DNA of 63,903 nucleotides, counting the filler, from Lama guanicoe (taxonomy: Eukaryota), in NCBI GenBank assembly GCA_013239625.1. It is 200 parts of 200 records of this genome, joined end to end, with 100 filler letters (N's around TTAATTAATTAA, not from the genome) between each part and the next. Parts side by side here need not be neighbours in the genome. Positions count along the whole stretch, not along the records: positions 13,120 to 13,339 come from PNXV01040329.1; positions 13,440 to 13,659 come from PNXV01040330.1; positions 13,760 to 13,979 come from PNXV01040331.1; positions 14,080 to 14,299 come from PNXV01040332.1; positions 14,400 to 14,619 come from PNXV01040333.1; positions 14,720 to 14,939 come from PNXV01040334.1; positions 15,040 to 15,259 come from PNXV01040335.1; positions 15,360 to 15,579 come from PNXV01040336.1; 192 more parts are not named here. The stretch is one strand, 5' to 3'. Every line of letters begins with the position of its first letter. Position 1 is the stretch's first letter. The position numbers and the translations under genes are program-made. This document shows, in pieces, positions 13,020 to 24,180 of this stretch. The notes under the pieces were generated by a model, which saw only the letters and a list, made by a program, of their open reading frames with translations, was not told where the DNA came from and did no database searches.

Positions 13020-14079
13020 NNNNNNNNNNNNNNNNNNNNNNNNNNNNNNNNNNNNNNNNNNNNTTAATTAATTAANNNNNNNNNNNNNNNNNNNNNNNNN
13101 NNNNNNNNNNNNNNNNNNNTCGAGCCCACCATTCCCTAAACAAAAAGCCACAGATCCTCTGCAGCCAACTTAATACACTGTGCTGTTCTGTCCTAATCTG
13201 CTCCTCTGCCTCTTCCCTGCCAGGAGGCCACTCTGATGGACCACTTGTTCCTGAGGCTAACCTTCCACTTCCAGGCTTCTCCACCTTCCATCCTCCCCTC
13301 TGCCCATCCAAACCATCACACCCTTCAAGGCCCAGCTTANNNNNNNNNNNNNNNNNNNNNNNNNNNNNNNNNNNNNNNNNNNNTTAATTAATTAANNNNN
13401 NNNNNNNNNNNNNNNNNNNNNNNNNNNNNNNNNNNNNNNTTTGGAGCCAGTGCCTTCCATTGTATGCAGGCCTAGGTGCCATTTTTTTTAATTCAAGTTT
13501 TCTTTAATAATAATGTATTTCAAATATGAAAAATAAAAAGAATATAAGATGCACCTCTCTACCCAATGACATGCAGATGCCACTACATAACCAATTATGA
13601 AAACATGTAGGAAAAAAACAACTTCAAAACACTGGTTAGCCTTGAGACATTGTGTGTGCNNNNNNNNNNNNNNNNNNNNNNNNNNNNNNNNNNNNNNNNN
13701 NNNTTAATTAATTAANNNNNNNNNNNNNNNNNNNNNNNNNNNNNNNNNNNNNNNNNNNNAGGCCACCGAGGCATTGAGAGCCACCTAGTCTGATGGCCTC
13801 CTTGTTTACTTGCTGTAACAAGTCAGCTCTCTGTGCCGGTCTGGCCGTGCCCTGTGGCGTCCTCCGCCCCGCGAGCTTCCGGGGAGGGCACCCGGGATTG
13901 CTGTTGCCTCTTATGACAGCAGCGTCTCTAGCCCAGAGCTTGTGAGATGCAGGCGCTCAGTATCTGTTCCTTGAATGAGNNNNNNNNNNNNNNNNNNNNN
14001 NNNNNNNNNNNNNNNNNNNNNNNTTAATTAATTAANNNNNNNNNNNNNNNNNNNNNNNNNNNNNNNNNNNNNNNNNNNN

Positions 14080-14299
14080 TCTTTGGGTTACAAGTGACAG
14101 AAACACAGCTTAAAAAGCACTTACTGTGTCATGTTAACTGAGACATCTCTGGGGGTCCTACTTCAGTGTGGCTGGACTTAGGTACGCTCAATCCACTTCT
14201 TAGCTTTCTTCTAAGTGGGCTGCACTCTCTGCCAGGCTCTCTCTGTAGGGCCCTGCCTGCTCTAGCCTCATGTTATCCTCAGTGTACAGGAAAAGAGAG
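14080..14299. mobile_element. MLT1-type MaLR LTR fragment
   Basis: tctttgggttacaagtgacagaaacac...catgttaactgag. Confidence 0.55.
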
Positions 14300-15359
14300 N
14301 NNNNNNNNNNNNNNNNNNNNNNNNNNNNNNNNNNNNNNNNNNNTTAATTAATTAANNNNNNNNNNNNNNNNNNNNNNNNNNNNNNNNNNNNNNNNNNNNA
14401 ATAGAGAATTCTTGAAGAAGAGAGGAACCAACGGTGATGTGTTAGTTTGGAAAAATGATAGCTTTGGGAGCGAGTTTGTAAATTATCAGCTTTGCATTTG
14501 TGAGGGGAGAAATTGACGCAGAGAAGAAGTTTCCTCGCAGGTTTATATGTAGCTTGAAACTCTATGAAAGATGTTTAGAACGGAAATAGTCACATGATCC
14601 CAGATCTCCTTGAAGTTATNNNNNNNNNNNNNNNNNNNNNNNNNNNNNNNNNNNNNNNNNNNNTTAATTAATTAANNNNNNNNNNNNNNNNNNNNNNNNN
14701 NNNNNNNNNNNNNNNNNNNAATGTCTATTTAATCATATAAGGAAGAAAGTCTAGCTCACTCAAGTTTTCAGTTAGTGGTTATATAGAACAGGATTATATA
14801 GAATTGGGCATATTTCAATTAGGTTGTGTCAGCTTCTAAAGCTTTATGAACAGTTATTGGAGAAAAAATCCTGAAAATGGGTCAACAAATTTAGTGGGTT
14901 TCTGGAAAGATGTTACAGATTTTTTTTTTAATGAGACCTNNNNNNNNNNNNNNNNNNNNNNNNNNNNNNNNNNNNNNNNNNNNTTAATTAATTAANNNNN
15001 NNNNNNNNNNNNNNNNNNNNNNNNNNNNNNNNNNNNNNNTGAGAAAAAAGGATAAGGAAGAAAGGGTGGCAAACTCTTCTAAGGCACACTTCCCCTAACT
15101 AACATTCAGGCCTTCCCTGCGGTCCTTACCATCGAGGACCAATTCCTCTCCTGCCCCTGCCCACCCTGTGGGGCTTTAGCAGTTCATCACCACCCATGGA
15201 TTGAAGAATCTGGATTTGACTTCTTTTCCACTCTTTTTTCATGCCCCTAACTAGATTCTNNNNNNNNNNNNNNNNNNNNNNNNNNNNNNNNNNNNNNNNN
15301 NNNTTAATTAATTAANNNNNNNNNNNNNNNNNNNNNNNNNNNNNNNNNNNNNNNNNNNN

Positions 15360-15579
15360 ACCCAGTGGAATAAACCAGTGGGGCATACACCGCAGTGTAT
15401 GCCCCACTTCAATATAACAGTGGGGAATACCCCGCGGTGCATATCCCACTGGAATAACCCAGTGAGGAATACACTGCGATGCTTACTCCAGTGGATTAAC
15501 CAGTGGGGAATACACCAAGGTCTGTGCCCTAGTGGAATAAACCAGTGGGTTATCCACCACGGTGCATGCCCCAGTGGAA
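15360..15579. repeat. 42-bp tandem repeat/satellite, about 5.2 copies
   Basis: Units start at 15361, 15403, 15445, 15487, 15528 and 15570. Consensus is approximately CCCAGTGGAATAAACCAGTGGGGAATACACCGCGGTGCATGC. Confidence 0.92.
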
Positions 15580-15999
15580 NNNNNNNNNNNNNNNNNNNNN
15601 NNNNNNNNNNNNNNNNNNNNNNNTTAATTAATTAANNNNNNNNNNNNNNNNNNNNNNNNNNNNNNNNNNNNNNNNNNNNTAAGATTCTACACTTTGAGCT
15701 GATGCACTAATTGGATGAAATTTTGGGGAACATTGGGAAGGAATGAGGAGTGTATTATTCACGTGGGATAGAAGTGAATCAAATGAGTAGAATGCAAAAA
15801 TGGGGTGTTTTTCCTGCGATTAGATGATAGAACAACTCTGGCTTCCATCTTGGGGTTTTCTCCTCCCGGTCCCATCTCTTTCTGTCTCTGTCTGTGTCTN
15901 NNNNNNNNNNNNNNNNNNNNNNNNNNNNNNNNNNNNNNNNNNNTTAATTAATTAANNNNNNNNNNNNNNNNNNNNNNNNNNNNNNNNNNNNNNNNNNNN

Positions 16000-16219
16000 T
16001 TGTGGTTTCCTTTGCTGTGCAAAAGTTTGTAAGTTTAATTAGGTCCCAGTTGTTTATTTTGGCTTTTATTTCTATTGCTTGGGTAGACCACCCTAGGAGA
16101 ACGGTGCTAAGCTTTACATCAGAAAAGGTTTTGCCTATGTTTTCTTCTAGGTGATTTATAGTATCTTTTTTTATATTTAAGTCTTTAAGCTATTTTGAGT
16201 TTATTTTTGTGTATGGAGT
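16000..16219 (-). mobile_element. L1 ORF2 fragment
   Basis: ggtttcctttgctgtgcaaaagtttgtaagtttaattaggtccc...ttttgcctatgttttcttctagg is canonical antisense L1 ORF2. Confidence 0.9.
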
Positions 16220-16449
16220 NNNNNNNNNNNNNNNNNNNNNNNNNNNNNNNNNNNNNNNNNNNNTTAATTAATTAANNNNNNNNNNNNNNNNNNNNNNNNN
16301 NNNNNNNNNNNNNNNNNNNGTGTTTGCTTAAACTGGGTTTCCTTCCCAGGGGCCCAGAACGGCAGGTCCGAGGCCTGGGAGAGGCTGGTGCTGGGAGCTC
16401 AGCCCCGCCTGTCTGCTGTTGCCTGCATCTTCTCGTCCTTCCTCCCCAC

Positions 16450-16487
16450 GCCCCTCCCAGCTCCCCTCCCAGCTCCCCTCCCAGCTC
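16450..16487. repeat. 12-bp tandem repeat (CCCCTCCCAGCT) x3
   Basis: Directly visible in the sequence. Confidence 0.85.
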
Positions 16488-18559
16488 CTTCCTCCCCCAG
16501 CCCCCAGCTCTGTGCTGCCCAGCCCTGGAGCAACAGTCANNNNNNNNNNNNNNNNNNNNNNNNNNNNNNNNNNNNNNNNNNNNTTAATTAATTAANNNNN
16601 NNNNNNNNNNNNNNNNNNNNNNNNNNNNNNNNNNNNNNNCCCAGGTGTGAGCGCGGGAGGCGGCTGGGGTAAGAGCGGCCATGATGACGTTGGCGAGAAG
16701 TGGTCGAGGCTCGAGAGGTGGAGAAGGACGTGTCTGGCACGGAGGGCGAGGCAGGCAGGCATTTCGGGCTGGGGCAGGGCTGTGCATGGGACCGCTCAGA
16801 GGTGGGGCCAGGGGAGAGACCTGCCTGGAGTCAGGCCAAGTGACTTCAAAGCCCAGGCTNNNNNNNNNNNNNNNNNNNNNNNNNNNNNNNNNNNNNNNNN
16901 NNNTTAATTAATTAANNNNNNNNNNNNNNNNNNNNNNNNNNNNNNNNNNNNNNNNNNNNACAAAGTTCCCGGGAACAGCAGGTGAGACGATTAGCTCGAG
17001 CGCCTGGCGCACGACCAGGCACTAAGTAAACGTTAATACCGGTCTCGCCTTCCTCCAACACAATGTTGTAATCAAGGTCAAGTGAGGCTAGAACATAAAG
17101 CGCTTTAAACGAGATGCTGCTATACCTTTCATGATTCTAAAAATCACCCACAATCCGGGCATACCACAAAAGGCCCAAANNNNNNNNNNNNNNNNNNNNN
17201 NNNNNNNNNNNNNNNNNNNNNNNTTAATTAATTAANNNNNNNNNNNNNNNNNNNNNNNNNNNNNNNNNNNNNNNNNNNNTCCCTCCCCCAGCCCAGCTCC
17301 GCCATTGGTGGGAGTTGTGTCCTTCGGGCTCCCAAGCGGTGAAGGCCCCCATCTGGGTGGAGCTGTGGATAGAGGGGACATGGGCCTTGGAGGCCAGGTT
17401 GAGGTCCCTGCCTGCCCCAGGATCCCTGGAGTCTCAGCCATCCAGGCTGAAAACAAGGCCATGCTGAAGCCTTGCCCTCTCCGGGAACAGCTCAGAACAN
17501 NNNNNNNNNNNNNNNNNNNNNNNNNNNNNNNNNNNNNNNNNNNTTAATTAATTAANNNNNNNNNNNNNNNNNNNNNNNNNNNNNNNNNNNNNNNNNNNNT
17601 TCACTGTGTCTGTCACACGTCAATAGATCTTTATTTGGAACTCATTACCATAATGATTTTGAGATTAACTTGATGAATCAAAAGATCCAAATAGGGAGAA
17701 AACTGTTACCAAAAAGTGGGGCCGGGGGGGAGTGTTTATTTCCTGGCATACCTTTTTTTTTTTTCATGTTATTAGCTGTAAATGCAAAAACCAGGCAAGA
17801 AGCAATAATGGATTACAGANNNNNNNNNNNNNNNNNNNNNNNNNNNNNNNNNNNNNNNNNNNNTTAATTAATTAANNNNNNNNNNNNNNNNNNNNNNNNN
17901 NNNNNNNNNNNNNNNNNNNGGACACTCCCAGTGAATTGCAAATAGCACTTTACTGATGGAAGCCTGGTATTCAAGGTAGAGTTCAATAGAAGTAGAGATA
18001 GAAGAAGAAAGCTAAAGTTGAATAATACATATTCAAGACTTTACCTTGAAAGTCGGGGGAATCACTATAATTTGGGGTTTTGTTTGTTTGTTTCTTTTTT
18101 GGTTAATTAATGATTATATTCTTATACAGGGTGCCAGCGNNNNNNNNNNNNNNNNNNNNNNNNNNNNNNNNNNNNNNNNNNNNTTAATTAATTAANNNNN
18201 NNNNNNNNNNNNNNNNNNNNNNNNNNNNNNNNNNNNNNNTCTTTATTTTATCCCTCGCCCTCATTTCTTTGGGTTCCTCTTGTTGTTCACTTTAGGAAGT
18301 TACAAAAGTGAATTATTAGCACCCCTTGGTCTTTTTCTTTAGCCATGAAGGCAGTGAAGACCGTGAACTCTGAGCGTGGGTCTCACTGTGCCTTATGGGT
18401 TTCGCGTGCAGGGTGTCACTTTCTGTTGCCTTCCAGACACCTGGTCGCTGTTCTTTTTGNNNNNNNNNNNNNNNNNNNNNNNNNNNNNNNNNNNNNNNNN
18501 NNNTTAATTAATTAANNNNNNNNNNNNNNNNNNNNNNNNNNNNNNNNNNNNNNNNNNNN

Positions 18560-18779
18560 TTGGATACAAGTGGTGAGAGTGGGCATCCTTGTTTTGTTCC
18601 AGATTTTATTGGAAAAGATTTTATTGGAAAATCTACCCAAACAATAAAGCTTTTCATCATTGAGTATTATCCCTACTATAGGTTTGTCATAAATAGCTTT
18701 TATTTTGTTGAGATGTGTTCTGTCCATATTCACTTAGGTAAGAGTTTTTACCATAAATGCTTGTTGAATTTTATCAAAT
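18560..18779 (-). mobile_element. L1 ORF2 reverse-transcriptase fragment, disrupted
   Basis: The minus strand encodes ...HLNKIKAIYDKPIVGIILNDEKL..., similar to L1 YLxIIKAIYDKPTANIILNGEKL. Confidence 0.92.
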
Positions 18780-18879
18780 NNNNNNNNNNNNNNNNNNNNN
18801 NNNNNNNNNNNNNNNNNNNNNNNTTAATTAATTAANNNNNNNNNNNNNNNNNNNNNNNNNNNNNNNNNNNNNNNNNNNN

Positions 18880-19099
18880 ATTTTATATTTACCTAGTAGG
18901 TCTGTTGTTTTACATTTAGTCCTGTGATTAATTTTGAGTTATTTTTTGTGAAGGCTCTAAGGTAAATGTCTAGATACATTTTTCAAAGTGTGGATGTCCA
19001 GCTATTCCAGAGCCATTTGCTGCTGCTTCTTCACTGATGAGCAGTTGACTATATTTATGTGGGTATGTTTCTCGGCTTTCTGTTGTGCTCCATTGATTC
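18880..19099 (-). mobile_element. L1 ORF2 fragment
   Basis: ttacatttagtcctgtgattaattttgagttattttttgtg...ggatgtccagctattccagagccatttg. Confidence 0.8.
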
Positions 19100-19554
19100 N
19101 NNNNNNNNNNNNNNNNNNNNNNNNNNNNNNNNNNNNNNNNNNNTTAATTAATTAANNNNNNNNNNNNNNNNNNNNNNNNNNNNNNNNNNNNNNNNNNNNT
19201 AGGTGTGCCTGTTGATTCTCTGATTTGGGGTTTTTTGTTTGTTTGTTTGTTTTTCTTCTCCTTGACGCGTTTGTCGGTAGGTCTTGGACTGGTGTGGAAA
19301 GTTTCCTTTTGATCCAAGGGTTGGTGGGGACTGTTACTCCACCAAACTTGTAAACCATTATGGGAAATCACTGAGCTAAAGATATGGAAGATGTAACTAC
19401 TGACTGTATCAAAGTGATGNNNNNNNNNNNNNNNNNNNNNNNNNNNNNNNNNNNNNNNNNNNNTTAATTAATTAANNNNNNNNNNNNNNNNNNNNNNNNN
19501 NNNNNNNNNNNNNNNNNNNACTGAGACATGTTAGATGTACAGTAGTACATAAGT

Positions 19555-19739
19555 TTCAGCACTCTTTATGATAAAAACTAGGAAAAAAGGGAAATTATCT
19601 CAACATCATAAAGGCCATTCATGATAAGCTCAAGTTAATATCATACTAAGTGATTAAAAACTGAACACTTTTCCACCAAGATCAGGAAGGAGACAGGGAT
19701 GTCCAATCTCAGCACTTTTATTCAGCTTAGTACTAAAAG
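19555..19739 (+). mobile_element. L1 ORF2 RT fragment
   Basis: ctcaacatcataaaggccatt...aatatcatactaag...aagatcaggaaggagacagggatgtcca (RSGxRQGCP motif). Confidence 0.88.
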
Positions 19740-20799
19740 NNNNNNNNNNNNNNNNNNNNNNNNNNNNNNNNNNNNNNNNNNNNTTAATTAATTAANNNNN
19801 NNNNNNNNNNNNNNNNNNNNNNNNNNNNNNNNNNNNNNNTTCTTATCGTTCTCTATCCTATGCAACATTAAGTTTCTTGAGAATAGAGTGTCCTTTTTTT
19901 ACAGCATCTTTAAATGCCTAGCATTGTGCAAATACAGAATAGGTGTTCATGATCTTCTGTTTCTGTTGAATAAAGTATCAGTGCCTTCTAGTCAAAGACC
20001 ACCAGTAATGCACTCATGGCTAAACAAGTTGTTTTTATGATTCATGGCAGCCAGGAAAANNNNNNNNNNNNNNNNNNNNNNNNNNNNNNNNNNNNNNNNN
20101 NNNTTAATTAATTAANNNNNNNNNNNNNNNNNNNNNNNNNNNNNNNNNNNNNNNNNNNNTTGGGGACAGTGCCAACTATTCCATTTTCTACAGGAACTCT
20201 ACAGAGCACAATTTTCTACAGAAGCAACATTTCGTCATGTTGAGTATCTCAGTGAATACTTCGCTAAGGCCAACTGCTCATCACATATCACAGTGAAGAA
20301 AGTACAGACCTAGAATTGCAAGGTAGATACAAGCACATAGCTGATCTAAACATTTATTAAATATCTTGTTTCCCACCAANNNNNNNNNNNNNNNNNNNNN
20401 NNNNNNNNNNNNNNNNNNNNNNNTTAATTAATTAANNNNNNNNNNNNNNNNNNNNNNNNNNNNNNNNNNNNNNNNNNNNCTCTAAGAATTGATCATGTGT
20501 AAATACGTTCGTTCATCCAGGACAAAGTGAATGGATTACAGGGTAAAAATTTACTGTGGTTTCTCAGTCTTTTTCCTAGTGCCGGTTCGAACTTCCTGCA
20601 CTTTTCAGTGTAAAACTTAGTTGGAATTTGTACCTCAACATATATATGTGTGTAGTGAACTTTGCGACTGAAAAGAAACTTTCTGTTCCCTTCAAGCTAN
20701 NNNNNNNNNNNNNNNNNNNNNNNNNNNNNNNNNNNNNNNNNNNTTAATTAATTAANNNNNNNNNNNNNNNNNNNNNNNNNNNNNNNNNNNNNNNNNNNN

Positions 20800-21019
20800 C
20801 TTTGAGATAAATATTTTCTGAAATAAACTTACTGAGTCATGTTGTACAGACCATGCAATTCATCCATTTCAAGGGTACAATTCCATGATTTTTAACAAAT
20901 TTACCAAGTTATGCAACCATTGCCGTGTATTAGTTTTAGAACATTTTCATCACCCAAATAGCATCTCCAGTGCCATTTACCGTTATTCTCAGCGGTAACC
21001 TCCTCAGGCAACCACTAAC
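20800..21019 (-). mobile_element. L1M 3' end fragment
   Basis: ttcatccatttcaagggtacaattccatgatttttaacaaatttaccaagttatgcaaccat...ttttagaacattttcatcacc. Confidence 0.8.
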
Positions 21020-21182
21020 NNNNNNNNNNNNNNNNNNNNNNNNNNNNNNNNNNNNNNNNNNNNTTAATTAATTAANNNNNNNNNNNNNNNNNNNNNNNNN
21101 NNNNNNNNNNNNNNNNNNNCCTTTAAATATATAAGTATGCCTCACTCCTCTGATCCAGGCTTTAAAAAGAACAAAATTGTAG

Positions 21183-21230
21183 ATCTGAAACTAGCACAAT
21201 ATTGTAAATCAGCTATACTTCAATTAAAAC
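21183..21230 (+). mobile_element. L1 extreme 3' end (artiodactyl type)
   Basis: ctgaaactagcacaatattgtaaatcagctatacttcaattaaaa. Confidence 0.75.
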
Positions 21231-21439
21231 AAAGGGGTCAAACGGATTGTCAAAAGTTGCGAGCGTTCTGCTGAATTCAGACCATCTTACCTGCTATGGT
21301 ACATTCGTGTAAGCTTTTCAAGAATTTAAAATTCTCCTANNNNNNNNNNNNNNNNNNNNNNNNNNNNNNNNNNNNNNNNNNNNTTAATTAATTAANNNNN
21401 NNNNNNNNNNNNNNNNNNNNNNNNNNNNNNNNNNNNNNN

Positions 21440-21659
21440 AAATGTCCCTATGCTGCAAGGCTGATGCCCTCCAAATGGCAAAGAAGCCTTTAGAAAATAT
21501 GTTTTCACAGCCTTCAGTGACCGAGACCCCCACTTCACTGGGGAAATTTTACAGGCCTTAAGGGAAAAAACCTTACAGATGTCTTGGAATTATCGCTGCC
21601 CCATCACCCACAGTCAGCAGGCGAAGTACACAGAGATAATGGAAAAACCGGACTTGAGC
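21440..21659 (+). mobile_element. Degenerate endogenous retrovirus pol integrase core fragment
   Basis: With frameshifts it reads CKADALQMAKKPLENMF / SDRDPHFTGEILQALREKTLQMSWNYRCP / HHPQSAGEVHRDNG. This matches the rve motifs SDxGxHFT and HPQSSGxVERxN. Confidence 0.85.
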
Positions 21660-23359
21660 NNNNNNNNNNNNNNNNNNNNNNNNNNNNNNNNNNNNNNNNN
21701 NNNTTAATTAATTAANNNNNNNNNNNNNNNNNNNNNNNNNNNNNNNNNNNNNNNNNNNNCCTGATGTGGATGGAGTTGGGTCCCCTGCTTGAGATGCACT
21801 GAAGGGAAGGGGAGTCCCAGTTTCTGGCCTCTGGGTATTGCAGCCAGAGCTGCCCGGGGATAGCGACACACACACTCATGCCTTCACGCACGGGTGCACA
21901 CACTGCAGGCGTGTCTGTGTGCACACACAAGTGCACATGTCACGGTCATGCCCCCATGTGCATACATGTGTACACCCCTNNNNNNNNNNNNNNNNNNNNN
22001 NNNNNNNNNNNNNNNNNNNNNNNTTAATTAATTAANNNNNNNNNNNNNNNNNNNNNNNNNNNNNNNNNNNNNNNNNNNNTTAGTTTCCAACTGAAAAGAT
22101 ACATTGTGATCCCAACAAACTTTGGAAGGACGGCTTTCACATACACCTTTCTCTAAGAACTGAGCATGTGAGGAGATGACTGTTTATGCAGCATAAAGAA
22201 CGGGTTTCAAGGGAAACACTTTCTGTTGTTTCTCCGTGTGTTTCCTAGTATTCGTATGAAATTCCTGCAATTTTATCAGTGAAAACCTATTGGAACTACN
22301 NNNNNNNNNNNNNNNNNNNNNNNNNNNNNNNNNNNNNNNNNNNTTAATTAATTAANNNNNNNNNNNNNNNNNNNNNNNNNNNNNNNNNNNNNNNNNNNNG
22401 CAGTGGTAAATGCTCTCATTAATGTATCTGTGGCTACGTTTATAGATGAAACATTGCCATTGTAGTTAGGAGAAGAGGAAGATACAGAATCTCTTTCTTA
22501 TATGTAGTTACTGTTCTCTATCATAAATATTATAATTATTATCTTAAAATATAAGCATCAAATAATGTTAAAACATAAATTGAGGGATGCTATGTCATTA
22601 AATTCTCACTTTTGTATTTNNNNNNNNNNNNNNNNNNNNNNNNNNNNNNNNNNNNNNNNNNNNTTAATTAATTAANNNNNNNNNNNNNNNNNNNNNNNNN
22701 NNNNNNNNNNNNNNNNNNNCCAGTGCTTCTGCAATAGGATTCTCACTTTCATGTTGGTGCCTTTCTAGGGGTCCCACCAGCATGTGGAAATCTATATTTC
22801 ATAATACTGTGTGATGGTTGAGTGGCTTTGTGGCTTAAAAGGGGTATTAACATTATAAAACTTACATTTCTAAGAAGATAGCTCTGACAATAAAGCCAAG
22901 GGTGAACTAATGTGGGCTGCTTTGCCTCCCAGGGCCCCCNNNNNNNNNNNNNNNNNNNNNNNNNNNNNNNNNNNNNNNNNNNNTTAATTAATTAANNNNN
23001 NNNNNNNNNNNNNNNNNNNNNNNNNNNNNNNNNNNNNNNACAAAATCAACAAATCCATGACCCCATCTGAAGATCTTTGTGAGACAGGCCAACTTTGGGA
23101 CTCTTAACGTAATAATGCTATATTGTTGAGCATTGCTGATAATATTAATTGCTGACTATTAAAGTGGTAATAACAACTGGGCAGGGAGGGATTCATTCTG
23201 CCCAGGCAAGTCCCAATGCTAAATAAGTATTTATTCAATGCTCAGGTGTGCTAGGCATTNNNNNNNNNNNNNNNNNNNNNNNNNNNNNNNNNNNNNNNNN
23301 NNNTTAATTAATTAANNNNNNNNNNNNNNNNNNNNNNNNNNNNNNNNNNNNNNNNNNNN

Positions 23360-23579
23360 AGCTGTATGTGTGACAAATATTTTCTCCAGGAGTGTGGCTT
23401 GATCTATGGCTCTCTTTATGTCAACTTTTGCTGAACGTGAATTCTCAATTACATCACTGTTGAATGAAGTTAATCAAGTTTTCTTTCATGGCTAAAATGT
23501 TATGTCTTGATTAAGGAACCCATCCCTATCCTAAGGTAGTAAATATAGCTTTCTATATTTCTGTATTTCTTTCTCAAAC
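23360..23579 (-). mobile_element. L1 ORF2 fragment
   Basis: tatgtgtgacaaatattttctcc...tgtggcttg...ttttctttcatggct...gtcttgattaaggaa. Confidence 0.7.
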
Positions 23580-23679
23580 NNNNNNNNNNNNNNNNNNNNN
23601 NNNNNNNNNNNNNNNNNNNNNNNTTAATTAATTAANNNNNNNNNNNNNNNNNNNNNNNNNNNNNNNNNNNNNNNNNNNN

Positions 23680-23899
23680 AATAAGGACAAAAATCCCTCC
23701 TCCCTATGGGAAGGTGGAGTTGGGATGAAAATCAGGGAATACGACCCCAAACCAATTCCTCCACAATGAATATTCCGCCCACTCATTTTCACACTCTATG
23801 TAACTGATCTGCCAGCGAAATCAGGGCACTAACTTCCCTGAGACTGCCTGCTGTCCCCGTGAGAGTGTACTATCGGTCCCTTAGTAAATCCTCGCTTTA
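23680..23899 (+). mobile_element. Probable ERV LTR fragment (U3/R)
   Basis: atgaatattccgcccactc (octamer-like plus GC box), ctatgtaac TATA-like, gagagtgtact...agtaaatcctcgcttt polyA-like region. Confidence 0.55.
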
Positions 23900-24059
23900 N
23901 NNNNNNNNNNNNNNNNNNNNNNNNNNNNNNNNNNNNNNNNNNNTTAATTAATTAANNNNNNNNNNNNNNNNNNNNNNNNNNNNNNNNNNNNNNNNNNNNA
24001 GAGATTCTGTATCCCATATGCCCTTAAAATTTAACACTGACCCGTTGAAAGGGATCCTG

Positions 24060-24180
24060 CAGGCCTGTGATTGCTGTGAAGTGAGGTGAGGTGACTTCAG
24101 GGCTGGTGATAAGAGTCAATTGGCCTTCGCTGGGTCCTCTTGGGCTGCCATGCTATGAGGAGACTCAAACCGCATGTCTT
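24060..24180. mobile_element. MLT1-type MaLR LTR fragment
   Basis: gaagtgaggtgaggtgacttcagggctgg...gctgccatgctatgaggagactcaa. Confidence 0.55.

Noticed and set aside
15378..15635. Repetitive ORF with 14-aa periodicity
   Set aside because: It reflects the 42-bp satellite. A 1-bp deletion shifts the frame mid-array and there is no coding evidence.
19340..19419. Possible ERV gag start (ATGGGAAAT)
   Set aside because: The frame closes after four codons and no primer-binding site is visible.
20584..20596. Pol III B-box-like GGTTCGAACTT
   Set aside because: Isolated, with no A box or tRNA/SINE body.
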